Source: Octopus vulgaris (Eukaryota). From it: a stretch of 64,000 bases of DNA. Below, piece after piece: positions 52,936 to 64,000 of the stretch. The notes beneath the pieces were generated by a model that had not been told where the DNA came from, searched no databases, and was given only the letters and a program-made list of their open reading frames with translations. Within the stretch, counting starts at the first letter, position 1. Each line of letters starts with the position of its first letter. The translations under genes were made by a program, and so were the position numbers. Location of the stretch: positions 90,024,001 through 90,088,000 of the forward strand of contig OX597818.1 of assembly GCA_951406725.2 (NCBI GenBank), in the 5' to 3' direction.

Positions 52936-52938
<3 letters not shown>
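52678..52938 (-). mobile_element. Two short HHR-family copies; the first is truncated with a fold-back (52705-52758)
   Basis: TACTTTATTT(A/T)AAGCAGCAGAAAATTCAACAAAA repeated; hairpin ..ACTCTGAGTTTCC-G-GGAAACTCAGAGT.. Confidence 0.7.
52881..52918 (-). ncRNA. Minimal type I hammerhead ribozyme
   Basis: CTGT-CTGATGA-A-CG-GCAA-CG-A-GAAA-CTC-a-GAG-TA-ACAG. Confidence 0.75.
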
Positions 52939-52975
<37 letters not shown>

Positions 52976-52982
<7 letters not shown>

Positions 52983-54734
52983 GTTTATGTTTATGTTTTC
53001 CAGTTTCAGCTCTTGAGCTGTGGCCATGTTGGGGCACCGCCATTTGGTGTTGCTACATGAATTTACCTCACGAATGCTTTTTAGCAACTGCCATTTAGTG
53101 CATGAGAGAGTTTGATGCAGCTGCCCTCATCTGCACCTCCTGCCGTGAAGTTGGTTCATCTTAGACACCCGACAGGAAGAGATCCAGTCCTACTTTAAAG
53201 ACATCCGCATCCACCCCATGCAGGTCCCTCAGGTTCTTCGGGAGGATATTGAAGAGGTGTGGGCCTCGGAAGCCCAGGCTATCACAGTATCTTGTCCTAC
53301 ATCTTGATGGCAAATTTGGAGTCCTTGGCACCACGCAGTGGCGCCCAGTTCTGGCATTTATGTAACTCTCGATGCCAAAGTTTGGGACAAGTCCTTCCAG
53401 GATCTTCCAGATGTATATTATGGCATATCTTTCTTGCCTACGCTCCAAGGAATAGAGTTTTAATCTCTTGAGTCTTTCCCAGTATCTTATATGCTGCACA
53501 GAGGCTATCTTCTTCGTGTAGCTTCGTTGGATCGCCTCAAGTTCTGTGATCAACTTGACACTGGATGGTGACCATTGCTGAGAGCAATAGTCAAAGTGGC
53601 TTAGGACAAGTGTCTTCTAGAGGACCATCATGGTTTCTTGTTCCCTTGTTCTAAAGGTTCTAAGAATCCATCCGGCTAGCCGCCTACATTTCATTGCCAG
53701 TTTAGCAACATGTACATGAAAGGTTGCGTCATCGCTCATGTAAATACCCAGGTCACGCACTGATTGTGCTTCTGGGATTGCGATCCCTCCGGGTCCAGTG
53801 TATTCATTGGGTATTGCATTCAGTTTTGCATGCTGATAGCATAAAGCTTGAAACTTTTCAGCATTGAACTGCATGCTATTCTTTTCAGCCCACTTGTATA
53901 TTTTGTCCAGCTCACATTGCAGGTGCTTAGTGTCTTCAGGGTTCTGTATTGCCTGTGAAACTTTTGTATCATCTGCATAACTTGTGATCGTGGCTCTCTG
54001 CGTGGCTGAGGGCATGTCTGAGAGGGCCATTATGAACAGTAGTGGTCCCAAAACAGTGCCTTGCAGGACACCGCTCACTATTTGCGTGTTAATGGAAGTG
54101 GCCCCATTGGCTACTACCACCTGACTTCTATCCTTCAGAAAGTCATGAAGCCATTCTCCCAATTTTCCAACTATGCCAAGATCACGCAGTTTGTGACATA
54201 TCATTCCATGATCGACTTTATCAAAGGCCTTTGCAAAGTCGAGATATATCACTTCCACATTTGAGTGGTTGAGTAGTCGTTTCAGCACCCAATCATAGTG
54301 TTGTAGGAGCTGAGTTAAGCAGCTTCATCCTGGTCGGAAACCATGTTGGGTGTCAGGCAGCAAGTCATTTTCTTCAAGGAAGGTGATTAGTTTCCTTCTG
54401 ACTATTCGTTCCATGACCTTGCTGATGTGTGAGGTCAGAGAGATAGGTCTGTAGTTCTTGGCCTCCGCTCTGCTACCTCCTTTATGAATAGGGCATATTT
54501 TACCTTCCTTCAGTTTTCTTGGAAGTTTGCCAGTTGCAAGGAAGCTCTGAAAGAGAAACTGCAGTGGTCTTGCTAGTACTTTCTTACATACTTTTAGAAG
54601 GATTGCCGGGAATCCATCGGGGCCAGTAGCTGAGTTTGTTTTCATCTCATCTATAGCCTTTATTACATCGTCTTCCTTTATATTGATGTAATCAATCATC
54701 GCCGCCTTTGACCCCATATCTGCAGTGGTGAAGA
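52976..54734 (-). mobile_element. 5'-truncated CR1-like LINE (RT pseudogene with in-frame stops)
   Basis: SATGPDG, NYRPISLTS, QHGFRPG, YLDFAKAFDKVDH, QGTVLGPLLF, YADD, RDLGI, LYSLERR; (ATAAAC)n tail. Confidence 0.9.
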
Positions 54735-54805
54735 TATATATATGTTTGATTTGAAAACCTCACTAGAATGGGAGAAAGCGCTAATGATCTAAGTGATATG
54801 ATATA

Positions 54806-55215
54806 TGCAGGAGTGGATGTGTGGTAAGTAGCTTGCTGACCAACCACATGGTTCCGGGTTCAGTCCCACTGCGTGGCATCTTGGGCAAGTGTCTTCTACT
54901 ATAGCCTCGGGCCGACCAATGCCTTGTGAGTGGATTTGGTAGACGGAAACTGAAAGAAGCCTGTCGTATATATGTATATATATATATGTGTGTGTGTTTG
55001 TGTGTCTGTGTTTGTCCCTCTAACATTGCTTGACAACCGATACTGGTGTGTTTACGTCCCCGTCACTTAGCGGTTCAGCAAAAAGAGACTGATAGAATAA
55101 GTACTGGACTTACAAAGAATAAGTCCCGGGGTTGATTTGCTCGACTAAAGGCGGTGCTCCAGCATGGCCGCAGTCAAATGACTGAAACAAGTAAAAGAGT
55201 AAAAAGAGTAAGAGT
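54806..55215 (+). mobile_element. SINE family A
   Basis: Full-length copy. Confidence 0.9.
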
Positions 55216-55282
55216 ATATAAAATGTAATATATAAATAAATATCTGTAAATATAAACCATCCAATCTTCTGATTACCTCATT

Positions 55283-55359
<77 letters not shown>

Positions 55360-55408
55360 AAACAAGTCAAAAATAGAAAATGCTAAGATGATTTTATAGT
55401 GAATCTTT

Positions 55409-55446
55409 CAGTACCGGTTTCGGTCATTTTGAGACCTTTTCAACTG
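55409..55446 (-). ncRNA. Hammerhead ribozyme, U3-A8 core variant
   Basis: CAG-TTGAAAA-GGTC-tcaaaat-GACC-GAAAC-CG-GTA-CTG; same family as 41349 with a compensatory stem II change. Confidence 0.78.
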
Positions 55447-55519
55447 TAACGATTAAATAATTAAATTTTGAAAAATTTAGAAAAATATATACATCTATAT
55501 ATATACATCTATCTATCTG

Positions 55520-55640
<121 letters not shown>

Positions 55641-55759
55641 AGTTTATAGAAGGGAATCAGATATTTTCTGTATAGAATACACTTAGTATTGCTCAAGTGG
55701 TTTAAACTTGAGCGGGTAGAGAACTAGATGTAAGGATAAGCGAGTTAGGTAAATCTAAG

Positions 55760-56543
55760 CACGAGGTATGATCAATAGGTATCCGGATTCTTACCATAGT
55801 AACGAAGCTAAAGCACGTATAGTGGAGCCATTTGGCACAGATTGACCTTGAACGCTGTTGTGCATGCGCACTAAGTTTTAGCGTTCTAGATCGCTTCCGA
55901 TGTTTACAGTAGTGTATGGAAGGAAGGTGTATAGCGTGACCATGACAGAGAAAGTTGAGCAGAGATTCTACATCAAATTTTGCCAAAAGCTTGGCGATAC
56001 CAGCTCAGAAACGAACGCAAAGTTTTCAAAAAGTTTTTATCGTTCTCGACACAATCAAGATCTTGTGCAGCTGAAACCCGAGTTTCTTCTTGGTTAGATG
56101 AAAGCAGTTTTGGCACAAACTTAGCAGACACGTGTCTCGTACCCAAATGTTCAATGATAATGGACTGAACTGAACCGTACCTAATCTGCACATCTTCTGA
56201 TAACTCATGGCTGGTGATTCAACGATTTCTCCTCACAGCTGCACGCACATCTGCGATGTTTTTTCAGTTCAGCTGGTTGCGGTTCTCCCAGAACGTTCGT
56301 TACTGTCGAAGCCTTTTCAGCTCATACACTCCTCTCCATACTCTTTCAGCAACTTTGCGTAGGCCTCTGAGCAGATATCACCAAGCTTTTGGCAAAATTT
56401 GATGCAGAATAATGGTAAGTGTGACGAACACACACCACACGCGTTAAAACTTTGTGCACATGCGCAGCGGCGTTCAAGGTCAATACTTGCCAAGCAGCTT
56501 TTACAATGACAATAGTCCGGGTACTTAATGATCAGACCTTGTA
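55760..56543. mobile_element. Mariner derivative made of two facing 5' ends
   Basis: TIR-like ends CGAGGTATGATCAATAGGTATCCGGA / TCCGGGTACTTAATGATCAGACCTTG; MTEKVEQRFYIKFCQKLG on plus and FCIKFCQKLG, VSAKFVPKLL on minus. Confidence 0.8.
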
Positions 56544-56651
56544 AATTAAATACATGAAATATAAAAAAAATGTATATATCTTTACATAGAAAAAAGTCCA
56601 CAGAATAGAAGTGATATCAGAATTAAAGGTGTTGAAGAAAAGTATTACAAA

Positions 56652-56742
56652 TCCAACAACTGTTTTCGGGGGCTCGGTGGTCCAAAATGATGTTTGTAGA
56701 TTGATTCCATCGTCGGATGAGACGAGCCTCGATCTTCAGAGA
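56652..56742 (-). ncRNA. Degenerate hammerhead motif
   Basis: TCT-CTGAAGA-TC-GAGGCTCG..CGAGCCCC-C-GAAAA-CAGTTG-TT-GGA. Confidence 0.5.
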
Positions 56743-56797
56743 AGAGATCATACATATGCAGTATTGACAGAAAGAAGCTGAAAGAAATACACCCCCA

Positions 56798-56881
<84 letters not shown>

Positions 56882-57187
56882 TACATACACACCAACATTA
56901 ATGTTTGTTTATACCTGTCGATTAGTAACAGAACTATTTTACATTAAATTCATCAATATTTTTGTAGAGTACATATTTGTTATGCTTTTCCAAGAAGGAT
57001 GGTTATTGTGACTTCGAAGTTACGGCTTGCTAGCAATCAACGTCCGAAGAAGGCTTGTAAGCCGTAACTTCGATGTCCCTGTTACACTCTTCTTGCAAAA
57101 GCATGCTACACACAGACACACACACACACACACACAACACACACAGACACATACAAAAAACGCACGTACACATAGAGATAAACCTGC

Positions 57188-57282
<95 letters not shown>

Positions 57283-57283
57283 A

Positions 57284-57362
<79 letters not shown>

Positions 57363-57392
57363 ATCTATCTATCATCTATCTATCTATCTATT
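57188..57392. repeat. (TCTA)n microsatellite
   Basis: Direct inspection. Confidence 0.95.
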
Positions 57393-57468
57393 TATGAATA
57401 TGTATATTTGTATGTGTATACATACATACGCGTATATATCTATATCTATATCTATATGTGTGTGTGAG

Positions 57469-57529
57469 CAGCCCGCGCTCCTAACCACAACGCCAATGCC
57501 CAGTGTTCGATTCCAGGCAGTGACGTGGA

Positions 57530-57613
<84 letters not shown>

Positions 57614-57632
57614 CAACAACAACAACAACAAC

Positions 57633-57664
<32 letters not shown>

Positions 57665-57699
57665 CATCGAAAAATACCTTAGGAATGAGAACCCAGGTT
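57469..57699 (+). mobile_element. Second copy of the tRNA-head + trinucleotide + tail family (cf. 3547-4140), 5' part inverted
   Basis: GTTCGATTCCAGGCAGTGA, (TAC)/(AAT)n, ACATCGAAAAATACCTTAGGAATGAGAACCCAGGTT. Confidence 0.75.
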
Positions 57700-57704
57700 G
57701 ATTA

Positions 57705-58008
57705 ATATGTGTCGGGCGCAGTTGAGCGAGAGACCAACAAAACTCCTTGTAACACCAAAGATGATCTGAAGGCAAGGGGTTTGGCAGCATTCACCAACTT
57801 AAACAAGGAGACCATCCAGTAGAGTTGCAGGAGATTCTGAAGACGTCTGGCGGCCTTGAAGCCAATGGTGATTTTATTGAATAGATTTACGCTTTAGTAT
57901 CTCAAGATATTTTTATGTAATTTTGGTAAATATATCTGTTAAAATGCGATGTCAGTGTTATTTTCATTTTTGCGTAATTTAGACGGCAATTCATTCACCG
58001 CACCCTGC

Positions 58009-58010
<2 letters not shown>
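57705..58010 (+). mobile_element. Tc1-like transposon 3' remnant
   Basis: GAVERETNKTPCNTKDDLKAR..AAFTNLNKETIQ..EANGDFIE*; ends CACCCTG. Confidence 0.7.
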
Positions 58011-58041
<31 letters not shown>

Positions 58042-58091
58042 TGTATGTATGTATGTATGTATGTATGTATGTATGTATGTATGTATGTATG

Positions 58092-58142
<51 letters not shown>

Positions 58143-58174
58143 TTATATGTATGTATGTGTGTGTAATTATTATC

Positions 58175-58730
58175 ATTATTTCTAAATCTCTCTAAAGGAG
58201 ACTACGGTTGCAGTACTGGGAATAAATAGTTATCGCCAAGCTAACATGGCAGTCCAGAAAAATAGGCCAATGCTGCCGTTGATTAGCAAGAGGCCATCGC
58301 CTCCAGCTAGTAATGTGACACTCAAACATGTGTCCATTATAACCTTCGAACAGGGGAGGACATCAGCTTCCCCATGCTGGTTCAAACAACCACATGCTAG
58401 TTTCGGGGTAGTTGCCCCTTATCAATGTGGAGTAGCCGAACCCAGCAGGTGTCGCTGTTCACTGTCTGTTCGAAGGTTTATATATATTCAGTGGTGCACG
58501 TCCACTGGTTTTCAAAAATAGAAATATTATTTCTAAATCTCTCTAAAGGAGACTGCGACAGCAGTACTCGGTATTAATAGTTATCGCCAAGCTAACATGG
58601 CAGTCCAGAAAAATAGGACGAGTGATGCCGTTGATTAGGTCCAGGAAGCTATCGCCTCCAGCTTCCTATGTGACACACAAACCTGTGTCCATTACAACCT
58701 TCAAACAGGGGAGGTTATCGGTTTCCCCAT
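58175..58730 (-). mobile_element. Retrozyme-like tandem, 351-nt unit, about 1.6 copies
   Basis: Unit starts at 58175 and 58526; HHR motif at 58390-58430. Confidence 0.75.
58390..58430 (-). ncRNA. Hammerhead motif, U3-A8 variant, cleavage triplet mutated (GCA)
   Basis: CCACA-TTGATAA-GGGG-caacta-CCCC-GAAAC-TA-GCA-TGTGG. Confidence 0.7.
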
Positions 58731-59426
58731 TATTGAAACCGCTTCTTAGTATGTGGAACATTGAAGAAATTCTGATACCTGAAGTTTGAAAGCTCGAATC
58801 GGCGGCCCTGAAATTTGGTAGTAGAGTATTTAAATTGTTAGGTGTATTTAGGACTACCTTGTTTTACGTCTTCCTTTTTTTTCAACAACACAAGCAGGAT
58901 ATGGTTTGAGGAAAATTTGACTGCTATGCTTGGCAAGTTAAACGACTACATATTCTAATACTAACCACCACGAAAAGGTGGACATAATGCCACTGTCACC
59001 GAGTGACAGTTACAGTTAGAGAGAACCCTGGGCATTGTGTTCTTGCTTTGGTTAATCAAGGATTGATTTTAAGGAAGTTTGGTTGCTATATCTGAAAAGT
59101 TAAGTGACTACCATATATTCTAATACTGACAACCATAATGTAGGTGAACAAGAGGGATGCGGTCATAGCCTGGTAGTTACAATTGATTTGGATTTATTAA
59201 TGGTGGTGTATAACTGAGTTCAATGATTAGAGTTTATGAGGTTAATGAAACTTAAACGGTATTTTTAGTATAGCATTGTAGGGGTGAATTATCCGTCGGT
59301 CTCGACGATGAATCTTCGGTGTTCGAGCAACTCAATTGCTTATTGTGAAATTAATGTATTGGAGAAGAAGAAGAAGAAGAAGAAGAAGAAGAAGAAGAAG
59401 AAGAAGAAGAAGAAGACGAAGAAGTA

Positions 59427-59514
<88 letters not shown>

Positions 59515-59678
59515 AATACTGTAAGCTCGTGTGCTGTTTATCTTGATATAAGATCACCATGTCGCGCACATCTGGCTGTGACGCATGTGCCTTGTGTACC
59601 CTATCAGACAGGTAGTCATGATAAGTATATTGGGCTTCGTATATTTGTACCACAGTGTTACTTTGAATAATAATAATG

Positions 59679-59811
<133 letters not shown>

Positions 59812-59955
59812 TAGTAATAATAATAATAATGATAATAATATTTTAAGAAATGATTGACGTAGCTCTTCACAAAGATAAACAGTCAAGACGAAGAGCGCGA
59901 TTCGATTGTAAGATATTTTATTAGTTGAACCATATTTCAACAGTACGTCTGTCTT

Positions 59956-60687
<732 letters not shown>

Positions 60688-60689
60688 TT

Positions 60690-61727
60690 AAGATACCCAA
60701 ACTGAACAACCCGAGGGAAGTACGGCAACTATTGTTGCAAAGAAGGTGAAAATGATGGCAATGAAAAAAGCGCACGAGCAATTGGCTGATAGGTGGGAGG
60801 AGAAACCTCTGCACGGCAAATATGTGACCCGCAGCAAACAAGCTGATGTTGACCAGAAGCAAACCCATCAGTGGCTGCGGAGCTCAGGGCTAAAAGCAGA
60901 GAGCGAAGGTTTCATCCTGGCTGCTCAAGACCAAAGCCTATCAACCCGGAACTACCAGGCCAATGTGATGAAAAATGGAGCAGACCCAAAATGCCGATTC
61001 TGCAACGACATGATTGAAACAGTGGACCACCTAATCTCTGGATGTAAAGTCTTAGCACCAGTGGAGTATAAATTAAGACATGACAGAGTTGGCCAATATC
61101 TCCACTGGCTAATAAGTCGGCATTACAATATCAAAACTGCCGACAAGTGGTATAATCACCACCCTGAGGCTGTAACTGAAGGAGAAAATGTAACGATTCT
61201 GTGGGACTTTCCAGTACATACAGACCGAACCATCAAGGCCAATAAACCAGATATTGTTGTGAAAGACCAAAACAATAAAGTTTGCTTATTGATCGACATG
61301 AGCATCCCCTGTGATCATAATATCTCAGCGAAAGAGTTTGACAAGCTCAGAAAATATAAAGACCTACTCATTGAAATTGAGAAAATGTGGCATCTCAAGG
61401 CGGTTACAATACCAGTGATCGTAGGAGCACTAGGAATGATCAAGAAGGGAACCGAAAATTATATGAGAATGATCCCTGGCTTACCATCCCTGCAAGAAGT
61501 GCAAAAGATTGTCTTAACTGGTACATCACACGTATTGAGAAGAGCATTGTCGATGTGAGAACTGTTGCTGCTCATGCATTTTAATTTAACTTAAAAAAAA
61601 AAAAAAAAAAATTAACGAACTACTGAGTTTGGTTTAATGGCCTACCAATATACACTATGAGTTTCTTTGCCCTAGGAGTCGGGAAGACACTCGGCAAGAA
61701 ATGGAAGAAAATTTGAAAGAAGAAAAA

Positions 61728-61728
<1 letters not shown>
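60690..61728 (+). mobile_element. 5'-truncated R4/Dong-clade non-LTR retrotransposon in (TAA)n
   Basis: RLE-type C-terminus and 3' UTR, (TAA)n on both sides. Confidence 0.9.
60692..61558 (+). CDS. R4/Dong ORF C-terminus: CCHC knuckle + restriction-like endonuclease (truncated)
   Basis: LHGKY, AAQDQ, CRFC..ETVDHLISGC, RHD, KPDIV..IDMSIP, K..KY, VGALG. Confidence 0.9.
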   Translation, partial: DTQTEQPEGSTATIVAKKVKMMAMKKAHEQLADRWEEKPLHGKYVTRSKQADVDQKQTHQWLRSSGLKAESEGFILAAQDQSLSTRNYQANVMKNGADPKCRFCNDMIETVDHLISGCKVLAPVEYKLRHDRVGQYLHWLISRHYNIKTADKWYNHHPEAVTEGENVTILWDFPVHTDRTIKANKPDIVVKDQNNKVCLLIDMSIPCDHNISAKEFDKLRKYKDLLIEIEKMWHLKAVTIPVIVGALGMIKKGTENYMRMIPGLPSLQEVQKIVLTGTSHVLRRALSM

Positions 61729-61783
<55 letters not shown>

Positions 61784-62169
61784 CTTTCTTCATTCGCCGT
61801 AATGGCTGAATGCGAAAAACTGTAATAATGACAACCCAAAAGAGAACCTACACAACACAAACACCAACCAAACAACCAGCCCTTACATCTCCACACTTCA
61901 ATGAGGGATCTTCTTCATAGTTATTCAGCCAGCAAGAAATAGCAGACTATTTCACACAAATTGTGTCCTACAGTCTTCTAAAGCAGATAGGCTTCACAAA
62001 AGGGTGACATTAGACAGAAAAAATAAAATGAATAGTCACGGTTAGAACGCTTTTGACTTTTATTAATTCTATTAATTTGATTTTTATTAAATCAGGGCGT
62101 ACCTGGAGCTAAATAGCAACAGCAAAAGAAACGACTACCTTTCTCCAATACAGGGATTTCACTCCATTC

Positions 62170-62335
62170 CTGTAGCAGGCCCGAACCTTACAGACTTAGC
62201 CTCAGCTCTCACAGGCCCTGTCCCAACTCTCACAGATCCAATCCCAGTTCTTACAGATCCTGTCTCAACCCCTTCCCATAATGTACCCCAACCCCGTAGA
62301 CCCTATCCCCAACTCTTCCAGACCTTGCCACAACA
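62170..62335. repeat. Degenerate 21-bp minisatellite
   Basis: Units such as CTCTCACAGGCCCTGTCCCAA / CTCTCACAGATCCAATCCCAG / TTCTTACAGATCCTGTCTCAA. Confidence 0.6.
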
Positions 62336-62694
62336 AGTTTAATCACCCGCAAATTCATAGACCGTCTTTCTTATTGTATTGTCAGTTGTGAACTGGCAGA
62401 ATTGCTAACTTCTGATTTTCGTTCTGGCTTCCTGACTCCCAGTCACGCTGAGGTCAACTTTGTTTTCATCTTTTGAAACATTTTAAATAAGGTATAAACA
62501 TTGGGTTGATTCTTCTCCTCTCCTCTCTTTTTCTCTCACCCCTTTCTTTCTCTCATCCCTTTCTCTTTCTCTCCCTCTCTCTCTCTCTCTCTTTCTCTCT
62601 CTCTATTATGCAAGTAATTCAAACGATAGACTTTTCGTTTTGTGTCACACTGATCCGGTTCGAGATTTGCATTAAGAGTATATTTGCCTCTGAA

Positions 62695-62905
62695 TATGCT
62701 GACAGAATCGTTAGCACACCAGGCAAAATGTATAGCGGTGTTTCGTCCATCGCTACGTTCTAAGTTCAAATTCTGCCGAGGTCAACTTTGCTTTTCATCC
62801 TTTCGGGGTCGATAAATTAAGTACCAGTTATTTACTGAGGCCAATGTGGTCGACTATCCCCCCCCGCCCAAATAATTCCAGCCCTTGTGCTTTAGTAGAA
62901 AGGAT
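62695..62905 (+). mobile_element. SINE family B (alternative tail)
   Basis: Head and central domain match. Confidence 0.8.
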
Positions 62906-63028
62906 TATTATTATTATTAGTGTGGTGTTGGTGGTAGCGATGGTGGCTGTGTAGTAGCATTAGTACTGGTGACAGTGGTGTGTTTTGTGTTGTGGTGGTG
63001 GTTATAATGATGAAGATATTGGGTGGTG

Positions 63029-63061
<33 letters not shown>

Positions 63062-63469
63062 ATCTTAATGGTGGTAGTGCTGGTAGTAACATCTTAATTA
63101 GGCACGTACGTTGAAGTGTCAGAAAGGCAAAGACATAAAGCAACAGCAATGATAGTAACAACTACGAACAACAGTAACAACAACTACCAACAACGACAAC
63201 AACAACAACAACAACAACAATTACTAACAATGACAATAATAGTTATGATAACAAAGAGGTTTGTTTTTGTTGTTATTGATGTTGATGGGTGGTGGTGGTG
63301 GTGATGGTGGTGTGGCGGTGATGATTTCTTTTGAATAATAAGAATAACGCAAGTAATTATGGTTCACCTATCCACATCTAACCGCAGTCTTCTCTTCCTT
63401 CTTTTCTTCTTCCTTTCATTCCCTTTTGTCTCCCTTTCAGACGTCTCTCCGTCGTCCATGTACTTTATA

Positions 63470-64000
63470 CTGCCGCTATCATCACCACCTCCACTGCCAC
63501 CAATCAACATCACCACCATCACCATTACTACTACCATCATCACCACTATCACCTTTACCATCACCACCAATACCAACACCATTAAAATCGTCACAAACGC
63601 ACCATCACCACAACCACTGTCATCACCACCACCACCACCACCACTACTACCACCACTACCACCACTACTACCATCATCACCACTATCACCACTACCATCA
63701 CCACCACCATCATCACCATCACCAACAACAATATACCATCACCGCTCCACTATCACCCACCACCGCCGCCGCCGCCGCCACCACCACCACCACCACCACC
63801 ACCACACTATTAAAATCTTCACAAACGCACCATCACCACAACCACCGTCACCACCATCATGAAAACGCCATCAACTCACCATCACTACCGCGGCCACCGT
63901 GACCATCACGACGACGACGACCGCCACCACCACCACCATCACCACGACCACCACTACCACCACCACCGCTGCCACTACCAACACCATTGCTACTACTACG
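63470..64000. repeat. (CAC/CAT)n low-complexity tract with an internal duplication
   Basis: ATTAAAATC.TCACAAACGCACCATCACCACAACCAC occurs twice. Confidence 0.85.

Overview
AT-rich, microsatellite-saturated eukaryotic non-coding DNA. The SINE families and repeat style point to an Octopus genome (recognition, not a database result). No host protein-coding gene can be supported, and almost all ORF-track entries are translated microsatellites. Recognisable coding remnants are all transposon-derived: a near-intact Tx1/L1-group LINE (45.1-50.9 kb), 5'-truncated CR1-like, RTE and R4/Dong LINEs, a Penelope-like element (PLE) 3' end, and several Tc1/mariner fossils. A hAT MITE, Helitron-like elements and four tRNA-derived SINE families are also present. 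The main hidden signal is about 25 type I minimal hammerhead ribozyme (HHR) motifs, roughly one per 2.5 kb, from many unrelated families. They sit in short non-coding elements that are tandem or terminally redundant (350-500 nt units) or fold-back inverted repeats. This is the architecture of PLE pseudo-LTRs and retrozymes, and one copy still carries a PLE endonuclease C-terminus. Three SINE families also share their 3' tails with three different LINEs in the same window (Tx1, CR1-like, RTE). All motifs were read by eye, so coordinates may be off by a few bases.
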